Positions 38,357-49,815 of a stretch of 64,000 bases of DNA are shown here, one piece after another. The notes beneath the pieces were generated by a model. The model saw nothing but the letters and a program-made list of their open reading frames with translations. It ran no database searches and was not told the origin of the DNA. Position numbers and translations under genes: made by a program. How positions within the stretch are numbered: position 1 is the first letter of the stretch; the number at the start of each line of letters is the position of its first letter. Source of the stretch: Euprymna scolopes (lineage: Eukaryota); assembly GCA_053919585.1 (NCBI GenBank), contig CM132786.1. The stretch is one strand, 5' to 3'.

Positions 38357-39860
38357 TCCTGGTCAAAATCATAAGACAATTTAAGAAAAAGAAAGTAAGC
38401 GTTTACGCATATTATCGAATTTTTAATCAAACAATATGGTTGAAACCATTGCCAAAAGGGAACATATGATGGAAAAAATGAAATCTGCTTGATTCGAAAC
38501 ATTAACTCTGATCTAATAATATTTTTTTTTAAAAACACACATTTTCACCTGGTCAAAATGATAAGACAACTTTAATAAAATCGGCTAGTTTTGAAAAAAT
38601 GAATGCGAAAAGCTTTCTATGTTACTAAAAAAAACAACATTTTACTAAATTATAAATGCCAAAAGGGAACCCATTATCAGAGTTTTAGATTGGAAAGATC
38701 TTGGAGCTTAATAGGGGTGGACTCTCCCATAGATCCCTTGCAAACGAAGTGAATCGTAGCAAAACGGTCTTCACAAATTTTTTAAAGAATCCAGATCAAT
38801 ATGGGCACAAAAAGAATCCAAGTCGACCAAAAAAATATAATACGATCACTGGATCGCCGTATCAGAAGAAGTTTAAAAAAACCCAGTATGAGCTCAAGTC
38901 GATTGAAAAGCAAAACTGCAGCAGAATGTAGTCCTTAAACCATAAGAACGCATCTGAAAATGGTTTCAATCATTTAAAGCGACTGCAGAAACCACGTTAT
39001 CATGAACCGCACAAAACTAACCGACTTAAATATGCCGCCAAATACCAGAGTTGGGATGAAGAGAAGTGGGAAAATGTAATTTCCTCCGATGAGAAAAAGT
39101 TTAATCTAGATGGTCCAGATGGATTTCAACACTATTGGCATGATAAAAAATTACCCAAAGAGACTTTTTTAACTCGGCATAGTGGAGGAGGGTCTTTAAT
39201 GATCTTCGGTGCTTTTTCGTCAGCTGTTGCAAGTAATGAAAGGCCGGCAAACATCATTGAAGTACATTTCAATGCTTGAAAATGCTTCTATCAGGATTGA
39301 AGGTTCACGTCTGTGTGGACGAAATTCGATTTTCCAGCAAAACAACGCTTCGATAAACACTTCTCGACAAGCACGAGAATACTTTTCTTCAAATAATATA
39401 GAATTGTTAAGTCATCCAGCATGTTCTCCGGACCTCAATCCCATTGAAACTCTTTGGGGATGGATGGCAAAAGAAGTGTTCAAGGATGGAACCCAGTATG
39501 ATTCGATAAAGGAGCTTTCTGATTCAGTTTTCAGTACAGGGGATAAAATTCCTTCGCAACTGATAAAAAACTTAGTTGCAAGCATGCCGAAGAGAATTTT
39601 TGAAGTAATTCGTAACAATGGAGCCTATACCAAATACTGAGACTCTTTTTATTAATTTATAATTGCCTTTTGTTACATAAATTATCAGTGGTTTTATCAT
39701 TTTGACCAGCTGAAAATGTGTGTGTGTTTTTTTAAAAATAATTATTAGATCGGGGTTAAGGTTTCGAATGAACCAGATTTCATTTTTTCCATCATATTTT
39801 CCCTTTTGGCAATGGTTTCAACCATTTGTTTGATTAAAAATTTGATAGTATGCGTAAACG
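38354..39860 (+). mobile_element. Tc1-family (DD34E, Tc3-like) transposon with ~215-bp IR/DR TIRs; outer part of the right TIR missing
   Basis: TA|CAGTCCTGGTCAAAAT start. CTGGTCAAAAT(C/G)ATAAGACAA is repeated at both ends of the left TIR. An inverted copy lies at 39687-39860. Confidence 0.92.
38656..39640 (+). pseudogene. Disrupted Tc1 transposase
   Basis: MPKG..., [20 protein letters not shown] (catalytic D to N), SPDLNPIETLWG, SMPKRIFEVI; stops and frameshifts. Confidence 0.9.
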
Positions 39861-39937
39861 TAATGTGATTGATAATTTAAAATTCAAATTAGAATTAAAT
39901 TAAAAATCCGTTTCACAAGAAGGAACAACAACAAAAT

Positions 39938-40059
39938 CAATGATTTATACGATCGTTTCGGAAAACAATGTTTTTATTGTGGTAGACATTAAGCCACGGG
40001 CAATAATTTTTACATATAGTATTTGTAACAAACAAAGTTTCCTCATCAGCAACGTATTG
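39938..40059 (-). ncRNA. Type I hammerhead-like motif with a very long stem II (probable inverted pLTR of the adjacent PLE)
   Basis: Minus strand reads CUGAUGA-GGAAA...(~70 nt)...UUUCC-GAAACGAUCGUA. Palindromic stem III ACGAUCGU. Stem I is UUG/UAA plus CAAU/AUUG. Confidence 0.55.
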
Positions 40060-40273
40060 GGACGGGTATTTAATATATGTAAAATACACCATAAATAAGC
40101 CTAGCATTAAAAGTAAGGCAGATGTATCTGGAGAAAATTAAAATAAATGTATGTATTTACTTGATAAAAAAATTAATATGGGTTAAAGATAGAAATAAAA
40201 TAGAATAAAATTATAAATCTGAATTTGGTTTAAATATAATATTATAATAATATATTTCTAATCAAATTCATAG

Positions 40274-40891
40274 ACACACACATTTATTAAGCCAGATGTT
40301 ACAGGCTGTAACTGTAGAAGAAAAAATAAATGTCCCCTACAAGGCTCATGTAAAATAAAAAATGTAGTCTATAGCCGCACAGTATCAAAACTCCCTAATC
40401 TAAATGAATTTAATAGCAACCATAACTCAACCACCCGATTAAATAATGACACCAACTTTAACCAATCTACCAATCAAATACAGACCAACCCACCATATAA
40501 TAACCCAATACCTAATCTACCGGAAAATAATTACACTAAACAAGAGGCAATATATTTTGGTTCCACATCTGGCTTAATAAAACATAGAATTTCAACGCAC
40601 AAGTATTCATTTAAAAATCACTCCCTGGTAAACCAAACTACTCTATCCAAGAATATTTGCCGACTCAAAGATAACAACATTTCTTTCAATTTGAAATGGC
40701 AAATAATAGGATCTTACAACGCATACAAGCCCGGAGATAAATTCTGTGCACTTTGTATAAAACAGACCCTAAAAATTTTAAAATATGAAGATATAAAAAA
40801 TATAACCATACTATTTTATTCAAGAGAAGGACTTCTTTTCGCATGCAGCCATAAACATTGGTTTAAATTTAATAAATATAAACCACTTTAA
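40274..40891 (+). pseudogene. Penelope-like GIY-YIG endonuclease, ~205 codons open, no RT upstream
   Basis: CNCRRKNKCPLQGSC, NVVY, IYFGST, KHRISTHKYSF, TTLSK, LKWQI, CALC, CSHK. Confidence 0.85.
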
Positions 40892-41499
40892 ATCATTAAA
40901 AATGTTACTTATTAATATTCAATATTAAAATTATACAATAACTTGACATGCTTATTAATAAACATTTTGGATCATCAATATTATTGTTATTATTAATTGA
41001 TCTGATATATCGACCATTATTATATATTATTAAAATATATTCTCAACCTTAACCTATGATATATTTTTTTAATTTCAATAAATAAATAAATTATCAAATA
41101 TTAAATTCAATAATTTCAAAATAGATTATAATATATTGTTTGGTTGATTTATTATTCCTTAATAATAAAGTAAGTTGAACACTAATTATCTTCCTTGCAT
41201 TATTTAATGAAAGAAATAAGATTATCTTCCCCTTTCTTTCTCCAATTTTAAATTTAGCGTTTTAATAAAACGTATGCTAACCGATATAAAATATTCCATT
41301 AGCGTTCATTCTGAAAATGTATCATTTCATAAGTTAAAAAGCTACAATAAACATCCATATGAATGCTTTGACCTTAATTGCTGATTTCAAAATGTGAAGA
41401 ATTAAAAGGTAAATAATTATATGCATTTATATATATGTATGTGTGTGTATGTATGTATATATATGTATATATATATGCATATATATGTGTGTGTCTATG

Positions 41500-42200
41500 A
41501 ATCAACAATTGTGGTGTTTTCAGTCTTTTATCATTTTTAAAAAGTATTTTATAACGCGTTTCACGTATCTTCAGATATGTTTCTATATAAAGATTAATGT
41601 CTATTTAAATGAGTGTAGCCATCAACAATTGTGGTGTTTTCAGCCTTTTATCATTTTTTATAAAGTATTTTATAACGCGTTTCACGTTTCTTCAGATATG
41701 TTTCTATATAAAGATTTTTAAATGAAAGATTTAAATGTTATTTTGGAGAACATTTTACATCTGATTACTCTGAGTATGTTTTTCAGAGAAATGCCAGTCT
41801 CAGACCCTTTGTCACCAATAGTCAGCGGGTTGTGGGATCCAATGAGAGTTAAGATCATTTTGTGGTGAAGGGGCTTTTTGGTCCATTTGGTAAAGATTTT
41901 TTATGTTTATTATGACTTTCTTTCTCTTTTGATGCAAGCGCACACATCCACATGCACACATAATCACACATACACCCACATACATATATATAGTATGATA
42001 TGGTTTTGCCTGTGTGTGACACGAAAAGCTTGTGTTTGAATATTTTTTCTCAATAGAATTGTCTGAAGAGTTTGCTAGATTAACAGCAATGAAGTGATGA
42101 CACATTTTTACTGTTTTATGAAGATTGGTAACGAAACAGATCTGTAACATATGTTGTGCAGCTGAAGATGGCCTGCTTATGTAATTGACAATCCCATCCT
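41500..42200 (-). mobile_element. Decayed Penelope-like 3' end with a tandemly duplicated ~121-bp terminal unit
   Basis: Minus-strand CHHF...SIEK and KES....LPNG resemble a GIY-YIG C-terminus. 41501-41595 and 41621-41716 are near-identical, and each contains a minimal hammerhead core. Confidence 0.55.
41550..41700 (-). ncRNA. Two tandem minimal hammerhead motifs (41550-41579 and 41671-41700)
   Basis: AUAU-CUGAAGA-(U/A)ACGU-GAAACGCGUU-AUA with a palindromic stem III AACGCGUU. Confidence 0.6.
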
Positions 42201-42207
42201 TCGTTAT

Positions 42208-42529
42208 TGTAAGCTAGGTGAAATAAGCAAAGGTCGCTTACTTAAGACACAACGTACACCGATATACGATAACAATTGAATGTATATTTATTTACATTTA
42301 ATTACAAATCCAGGTTGTAAGAGTTTGTAGCAAAAAGTTGAATGAGTAAAGTTACTTGTGTTTACTTGCGTTTACTTGCGTTTACTTGCGTTTACTTGCG
42401 TTAAGGTCTCAAACGGAAGTGAGCAAGGTTGTATCGCCCCATCGTAGCAAGTCATTGTGTTGCCAGAGTTAAAGGGGGTAATCGTCGTTTGTGTCTACTT
42501 GTCCGACTGTTAAGACCAAAGCTCCCATA
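42208..42529 (-). mobile_element. Possible solo LTR
   Basis: Starts TGT, ends CCCATA (expected CA). Flanked by CGTTAT / CGTTAT. Antisense poly(A) signal TTTATT. Internal (GTTTACTTGC)x4. Confidence 0.4.
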
Positions 42530-42570
42530 CGTTATATATAAACACATGTGTTTTCCAAAACTGTGTATTG

Positions 42571-42630
<60 letters not shown>

Positions 42631-43949
42631 TTATTATTTTATTTTCAGATGTTCAGATAAGATAAGCTATCGATATAATCGCTTTCAAACCTGATATTAG
42701 TGAACTGTTCTAGATCCCTCCCAATATTAAATATTAGATAGATCGGCCGAAGACTTGATATCGTTATCTTGATAACGGTTCTGTAATCTATATAAATAAA
42801 ACAGTAGACATGTGTGTGTGTAAATATCTAACAGCTAAACTTAAGTTACTAGTCACATAGCTCTAGAGTTCTCAGGAAATAATATTCATGCACCAAGAGT
42901 GGTTTATAAGCAATAATATATTTTCTTACGTGCATGTATATCGCATACAGACATCGGCAAATTTACATGTAAAATGTTCATTAACCATTAGCTGACATTT
43001 TGTTTTTGTGCGCATGTTCGTACATTTTTTTCTCAGGCTGGAACACTCGGTTCTTTTTAATTTCAATCCTAACTGATGACACCGACTCATTTTTTTATGT
43101 TTTTGTATTAAAAAAAGAAACGAAAAAAAAACCCCCGGAATCATACGTAAATTTTATTAGCGGTTTGAAATTTGTAAATATGAAAACAAACCTATAAATC
43201 TTTTTTATATTTACTTAATTTCATGCGTTATTTTAAGACGGAGGAGGGGTGAATGACACACTTTATACGGACAGTGCTTAAATAATAACGTTATTATTTA
43301 GAAAGTCGTTCTTAATATGCGGAGGGGAAAGTATTATTAAAACTATTATCTACTCTCACCTAACAATTTATTAAATAAAAAAAAACTTACATGTATCATC
43401 TTTATTTTTGTTTAGCATTGAGTATCTGTTTTTCAATCCAATTTCTTGATAAGTTTATTGTAAAGCAAGTGTTGACTAATCACTAACTGCACTGTGAAGT
43501 GTTTATTGTTTAGTAGCATGAATTTTAAATAAGGTGCTTATACTACGTAGTACCCATATTAAAAAATACAAACAATTTATAATGAAATCATGTATTTCGA
43601 AAAACTGCTGAGTCATTTTGCGGACGTGGCGAAATGTGTTGATGATGCAGGGAGACAAGTACGATTATGTTGCTTTAAAGGTACTCTGGAGGCCACCAGG
43701 GATTATCAAACCTTCTTTTTTTAGGTGAGGTCGGGGTGTGGTGAATTATTGCCTGTTCATTCTCCCAAGCATTTCCCCCACTTTTTCTGTTTATGGAGAG
43801 GGGACCAGTTGATTATTTCACTGAAATGCTGTCTCAGAACATATACTACACTTTGATCTTAGCTAAAAGGCTAAGTAAGCGTAATAAAGTTTTCTACCAC
43901 GCATTACCCCCTTCTAAAAAATACAAAATAACCGACACAGCATATATTT

Positions 43950-44335
43950 TAAGAGGTTGGGAGGGGAGTATGGGGTGTCCTGGAAACGGCTGAAACAGTT
44001 TACGATCTCAAAATTACATTATCTAATGTATAAAAGCTGAAACAGCCTACGATTTCGACATTAAATTATTTCATGTATGTTTTGACAGTGGGGTGGGGGA
44101 TATGGAATCAGTCCAGGAAATGGCCGAAATCGTTTAAGAGTTAAACATTTCTATATTTCATTCATATTTTTAACACTGGAGTGGAGTATATAGAGTTATC
44201 CCGGAAATGGCTGGAATATTTTACGTTTTAGACATTAATTTATTTAATGTATATTTTTAAAAGTGGAGTGAAATTTGAAGTCAGTGAAGGAAATTTAAAC
44301 ATTACTTTATTCCATGTATATTTTTAACAGACATT
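43950..44335. repeat. Diverged ~90-bp tandem array (4-5 units)
   Basis: Recurring GTGG(G/A)GTGG...GGAAATGGC(C/T)G(A/G)AA...ACATT...T(C/A)ATGTATATTTTTAA. Confidence 0.7.
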
Positions 44336-44339
44336 ATTA

Positions 44340-46250
44340 CATAGTTATTATTTTCGTAAAGGGGGCGATAATGTGGGTTAAAATTTTGAACAATGATGTC
44401 TAAATTAGTAACATATCAAAGAATTATGAAAAATGATGAAGTGTGAGTTAATTGATCGGTGTTTTCTTTAATGAAATAATCCACGCAGACAGTTATTTTC
44501 TTAAGGGAGGGGTAACGGGTTAAAAGTATGTAAACTTATTGTCGAATTTAGTAACATATCCAAGAATTGTGAAACAGTATTAAATGTGAGGTAATTGATT
44601 GGTGTGTTTGTAATGAAATAATAAACCCAAACAATATATCAAAGTTATCAATTTTCGTACCGGGGACGATAATGTGAGTTAGAATTATGATATATGGTTC
44701 TCAAAATTAGTAACATATCCAAGAATTAGGAAAAATGATGCAATGTGAATTAATCGATTGGTATGTTTGTAATGAAATAATCAGCCCAGATAATATATCA
44801 AACGTATTATTTTCGTAAGGTGGAGGCGATTATGTAGGTCAAAATTATAAAAAATATGTGTCGAAATTAGTAATATATCCAAGAATTATGAAAAATGAGG
44901 AAATGTGAATTAATCGATTGGAGTGTTTGTAATAAAGTAATCAACTCAGACAATATATCAAAGTTATTTTTTTCGTAAGGGGGAGGCGATAATATGGGTT
45001 ATAATGATAAAAGAAGATTGTCGTAATTAGTAACATATCCAAGAATTATGAAAAATGATGAAATGTGAATTAACTCATCGGTGTGGTTGCAATGGAATAA
45101 ACAACCCAGACAATATATCAGAGTTAATATTTTCGCAAGGGGGGCATAATGGAGGTTACAATTATTAAAAATGATTGTCGAAATTAGTAACATACCCAAG
45201 AATTACGAAAAATGATGAAAAGTGAGGTGATTGATTGATGAGTTTGTAATGGATTACTCGACCCAGACAATATCTGAAAGTTATTATTTTCGTAGGGGGT
45301 GGCGATAATGTAGGTTACAATTATGGAAAATGGTTTTCGAAATTAGTAACACATCCAGGAATTATAAAAAATTATAAATTTGAATAAATCGATTGATGTG
45401 GTTGTAATGAAATAAACGACCCAGACAATATGTCACAGTTATTTTTAAGGGGGGGTAATAATGTGGGTTAAAATTATGAAAAATGATTGTCGAAATTACT
45501 GACATATCCAGGAATGATGAAAAATCATAAACAGTTAATTAATTGATTGGTGCGTCTGCAATTAAATAATCGGACTAGACAATATATCAAATATATTTTT
45601 TTCGCTAATTTGTGTTACAATTATAAAAAATGAATTCTCAAAATTAGTAAGACATCCAAGAATTATGTAAAAATGAGGAAATGTGAATTAATCGATTGGT
45701 GTGCTTGTAATTAATGATCAACCCAGATAATATATCAAAATTCTTATTTTCGTTAGGGAGTGGCGATAATGTAGGAAATAATTATGAAAAATGGTTGTCG
45801 AAATTATTAACATATCCAAGAATTATGAAAAATAATGAAATGTGAATTGTTATTGTTGGTAATGAAATAATCGGCCCCGACAATATATCAAAGTAACTAT
45901 TTTACTAAGAGGCTTGGCGATAACGTGGTTTACTAATAAAAAAATGATTGTAGAAAATTAGTAACGTATCCAAGAATGATAAAAAACGATGAAATGTGAA
46001 TGATGCAATGTGAATAAATCGATTGGTGTGTTTCTAATGAAATAAACAACCCAGATAATATATCAATGTTATAATTTTGTGGATTCAAATTATGAAAAAT
46101 GATTGTCGAAATTAGTAATATATCCAAAAATTATGAAAAGTGATGAAATGTTAATTAATTGATTTATGTGTTCGTAAGGAAATAATTAACCAGAATCAAA
46201 ATTATTATTTTGGGCTAAAATTATAAAAAATGATTGTCGAAATTAGTAAA
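44340..46250. repeat. Satellite-like tandem array, ~160-bp unit, ~12-13 copies
   Basis: Anchor AAATTAGTAACATATCCAAGAATTATGAAAAATGA at about 44402, 44545, 44704, 44864, 45024, 45181, 45340, 45493, 45641, 45801, 45955, 46109 and 46240. Confidence 0.92.
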
Positions 46251-46469
46251 ATTTTTCTGAATTTTCAATGTTAACTTCTAGGAATGACGTCAAAGTTGTA
46301 GGGGTGGGTAGAAAGATACATGAGTGTGTTGCTTTTTAACGTGCTCTTGAGTGCTCTATAAATTAACAAACCTTCAATTTTTAGCTGGGGCTGGAGAAAG
46401 AAATGTCCATTTTGGGGTCACTATACAATCTCCCACAAAGTCATATTCCAAAAATATGGAATAACTATG

Positions 46470-47140
46470 AAATCATATTCCGGAAATGACATAATTTCTC
46501 TTACTAATGTGTTGTTGATGGTTGTGCTAGTAGTGAGGGGGGAGAACTATATTAACATTGAAAATTGTGGTGAAGTAAAAGTTGTGTTTTGATCATTTGC
46601 ATCAATGCAATTATGTAATTATTTGTAAAACCTGCTGAGTTATGGGCAAGGAATAATATCATTTCACTTAAAATTATGGTGTTAGTAATAGGGAGGGAAA
46701 GAAAACTGTAATGTGGAATGTTGTAGTGAAGCAAGAGTTGCCTAATCACTAAGCTTTTCAACATATTTGTTTATCTGCTGAGTAATCTTCCGAAAATTAC
46801 GTCTTTTTCCAGAAAATTTTGTTGTTGGTAGTGGGGAAAAATTAAAGAGAGTAATGTAGAATTTGGTAAGTAAGCAAGGGTGTTCTAATCACTTAACTGT
46901 GTAAATGTATTTATACATTAATTTTAAAATCCTGCTGGAACATCTTCCAAAAATGACATCATTTTTCTTACAATAATAGTGCCGATAGTGACAGAGGATA
47001 GAAACATAATAATGTAGAAATTTATTGGGAAGCAACACAATGTATTTATGTATTAATTTGGAAATCCTAATGATCCATCTTCTAAAAATGATTCCAATTT
47101 TCTTATAGTAGCCTTGGTGGGAATAGAAATTATTTTATAA
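46470..47140. repeat. Diverged ~140-165-bp tandem array (~4-5 units)
   Basis: Recurring AAAATGACATCA...GTAGTG...TAATGT(A/G)GAA...AAGCAA...ATCAC...CCTGCTGA. Confidence 0.65.
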
Positions 47141-47180
47141 ATGTTGTACATTACTTGTCGAGAGTATGTTAAATTGTATC

Positions 47181-47252
<72 letters not shown>

Positions 47253-47889
47253 TACCCTTCCGAAGTTCGGTAAATATATTTTAAATAGGTGTTACAAATT
47301 GCCCGTCGCAAAAAATGTAAAATTATTTCATATACATTCTGTAAATTACCTGTCATAGGACAGGTACAATTATTTCATACATGTATAATAGCCGTCCTCG
47401 AGTAGGTAAAATATTCTTTTGCTCGAAATAGCAAATGATACATGCACATTAAATATTCCTCTCTCCAAAGAATAAGAATTAGATTCAAAATCAACTTCAA
47501 TTTTCTCATTGTTTACAGGGTCCTAAGCAACGCCGGGTAACTCTGTTAGTATCTCATACAAAACCATATATATTTAATTTAAGATGAAGTGCCATCAATT
47601 ATTCATTTATAAAAGATATCGAAAAATGATAATCGGAACTTAATTTACATAAATTATACAATTTAAATCATCACATGAGAAAATGATTAAAAACAAGCGA
47701 GCGGTATATGATATCTACACATCATATAACGTGGAATGAAAACTACCTCTTCTAACACATTGAACGATCAGAAGTTAAAAGTCTAGTGGAGAAGGTAACG
47801 ACCGAAACGTTGTGAATATAACAACACGAATAAGTAAAGATGACAATTGGGAACATAAGAATAAATACGACCTAGATGATTTACTTTAA

Positions 47890-48310
47890 TCTATCTATTA
47901 TACATATAAAAGTGAACGTGCCTGTGTGTGTGTCTGTGTACATTTTCCTACGACATAACTCTACTAATTGTCAGTCTACGGACTCGAAATTTGATATACA
48001 GGATACTGATATATGGGAAAATCTTTGTAACCCATTTTTGGCCAGAAATTTGGCTGTTAGGGGGTCAAATTCAACGATTTGACCGTGGAGAACTCTACCA
48101 AACTTCTCCGCCAATTTTGGGTTTAAACACTTGTAATTTTTGATATATGTTTCTTGGACATAGATGTAACTTAATAACTTGATTTGAGCTCAAAACAATA
48201 AACGGAAAGGGGTCAAAATAGGGGTCAAATTTAAAATAAATTGACCTCTATTTTTGTTTTGCTTAACATTCACCTCCAAACACCCGGGCAACACCGGGCT
48301 GAAATGCTAG
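47890..48310 (+). mobile_element. Complete 421-bp non-autonomous Helitron
   Basis: A|TC start, CCCGGGCAACACCGGG hairpin, CTAG|T end, no TSD. Homologous copies at 10240-11211 (minus) and 57140-57208. Confidence 0.85.
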
Positions 48311-48323
48311 TAACAAATGAATA

Positions 48324-48903
48324 CAGAGTGTTCGAAAAGTCACTGAAGTGTTTTGAACTCATATAGATTCTATATTTTGATGATAACTTTCGATAATTTT
48401 AACATAATCTGACTAAGACATAAAGAATTAATTAAGAAAACAAAATGAAAAATTCAAACAATCTTTATTGATGAAAAATATTTTTTTTTAATATTGTCGA
48501 TTTTTAGCTTCGCATATTTGTGCCTTTTCCAAAATGTTAATTATGGCAAATTGCAGAATCTCTGGATTGGAATTTAACTCGGTTATTTCGTTCTTGATGT
48601 TTTCCTTCAATTCTTCCAGGGTTTGGGATTTGTTAATATGGACTCTTTTACAATGGTTAGAATTGTGCTATAACTTGGGCTATCTTTTACATGAAAATGC
48701 CGTCGATAATTTCTTGGATTCAAAATAATTCATCCCTGACTTTGGGGAAACAATTTTCAGACTTGTGTAGATTGTTCAATGTTATCCCTATCAATAGAAA
48801 TTTCCAAAATATCCTCTGTAAAATATCCGAAATAGAGGAACAATTATCATTAAGTGTAAAATGGCAAAGATTTTTACCTTTCCGTAACTGTTTGAACACC
48901 CTG
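48324..48903 (-). mobile_element. Internally deleted Tc1/mariner element
   Basis: Imperfect TIRs TA|CAGAGTGTTCGAAAAGT and ACTGTTTGAACACCCTG. Minus-strand KRVHINKSQTLEELKENIKNEI resembles a transposase C-terminus. Confidence 0.6.
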
Positions 48904-49569
48904 CACAAACACGAGAAAAATACTAATATAAATTTAATAAAAACAATGAACTTATATAACGGTTTATATTGATTGAAGATTGCTTAAGTATACAGCATCT
49001 TCTAATCGGGGGCGTAGTATAGTTATCCGACACTATTGCAGTTCAAAAAACCGTCAAAATACACAATGACAGACTTAGCGTTTTTTTTTAGAGTCAAGAA
49101 AGACAAAGGAGTGTTCCTAGTTCACATTAACTGATGTAATTGTTGTAATAACTACTCAGACATACTATCTCAGAACCTAGAAAAGGGTCCCACAAGAAAG
49201 AACTTGGCGACCTTGCACTTAGCAAGAGGGGAGGCTTGAAGGACAGCTAAGGGCTTTAATAACGATCACAAGCACACGTATGCAATTTTTTTTTGTAAAA
49301 ATCGCAAGTAGACAATCGGTCACAGCATAAGTAACAGAAGTGAACGACACGTATATTTTTTCCAAGATTTAATCACTGTGACGTTGATGTCTAACGTTGG
49401 GTTGTGTATTGACACGGTATGATATGAGGAATTAAGCTATGTTTTAAAGAACTATTTCACTATTCTTATTTTTCTTTTTATTTATATGTGGAAATGTGTT
49501 AACAATTATTTCAGCATAGAGATATTTTTTTGCGTTTCACAATTAAACAAATATTACGTCTCTGAATGT

Positions 49570-49815
49570 TTGTCCACGAAAAGTACGGTCAAAAGAATAC
49601 GGAAAAACTTGTGAGAGTAAGAAATCGGGTATTGCCAACCATATCTGGAGGGAAAAATTAAACTATCTACCATTGTACGACCAAGTAAAAATTCTACAAA
49701 GAAGAACAGTGAAGAGTAAGACAACTCAAGAAATCAGTACACATATGCTGAGAGAAAACAAATTACTAAGTAGGCATAGTACAGAATTGCATACGATATG
49801 GGAACCATTAATTAT
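49570..49815 (+). mobile_element. Penelope-like GIY-YIG C-terminal fragment
   Basis: KSGIANHIWREK...LPLYDQVK...R.RQLK.S.H...LLSRHSTELHTIWEPLI (frameshifted); runs into a gap. Confidence 0.6.

Larger units (their letters stand above)
42787..47549 (+). mobile_element. Putative 4.8-kb non-autonomous Helitron carrying tandem arrays
   Basis: A|TCTATATAAATAAAA...TGTGTGTG 5' end, like the other Helitrons here. 3' end CCTAAGCAACGCCGGG...TTAG|T. No coding sequence recognised in between. Confidence 0.5.

Noticed and set aside
44340-46250. CRISPR-like regular array
   Set aside because: Whole units are homologous with no unique spacers; eukaryotic context with no cas genes.
47780-47815. CCGAAACGTT PLE-type hammerhead half
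   Set aside because: No CUGANGA box upstream (GTGGAGA); at most a dead relic.
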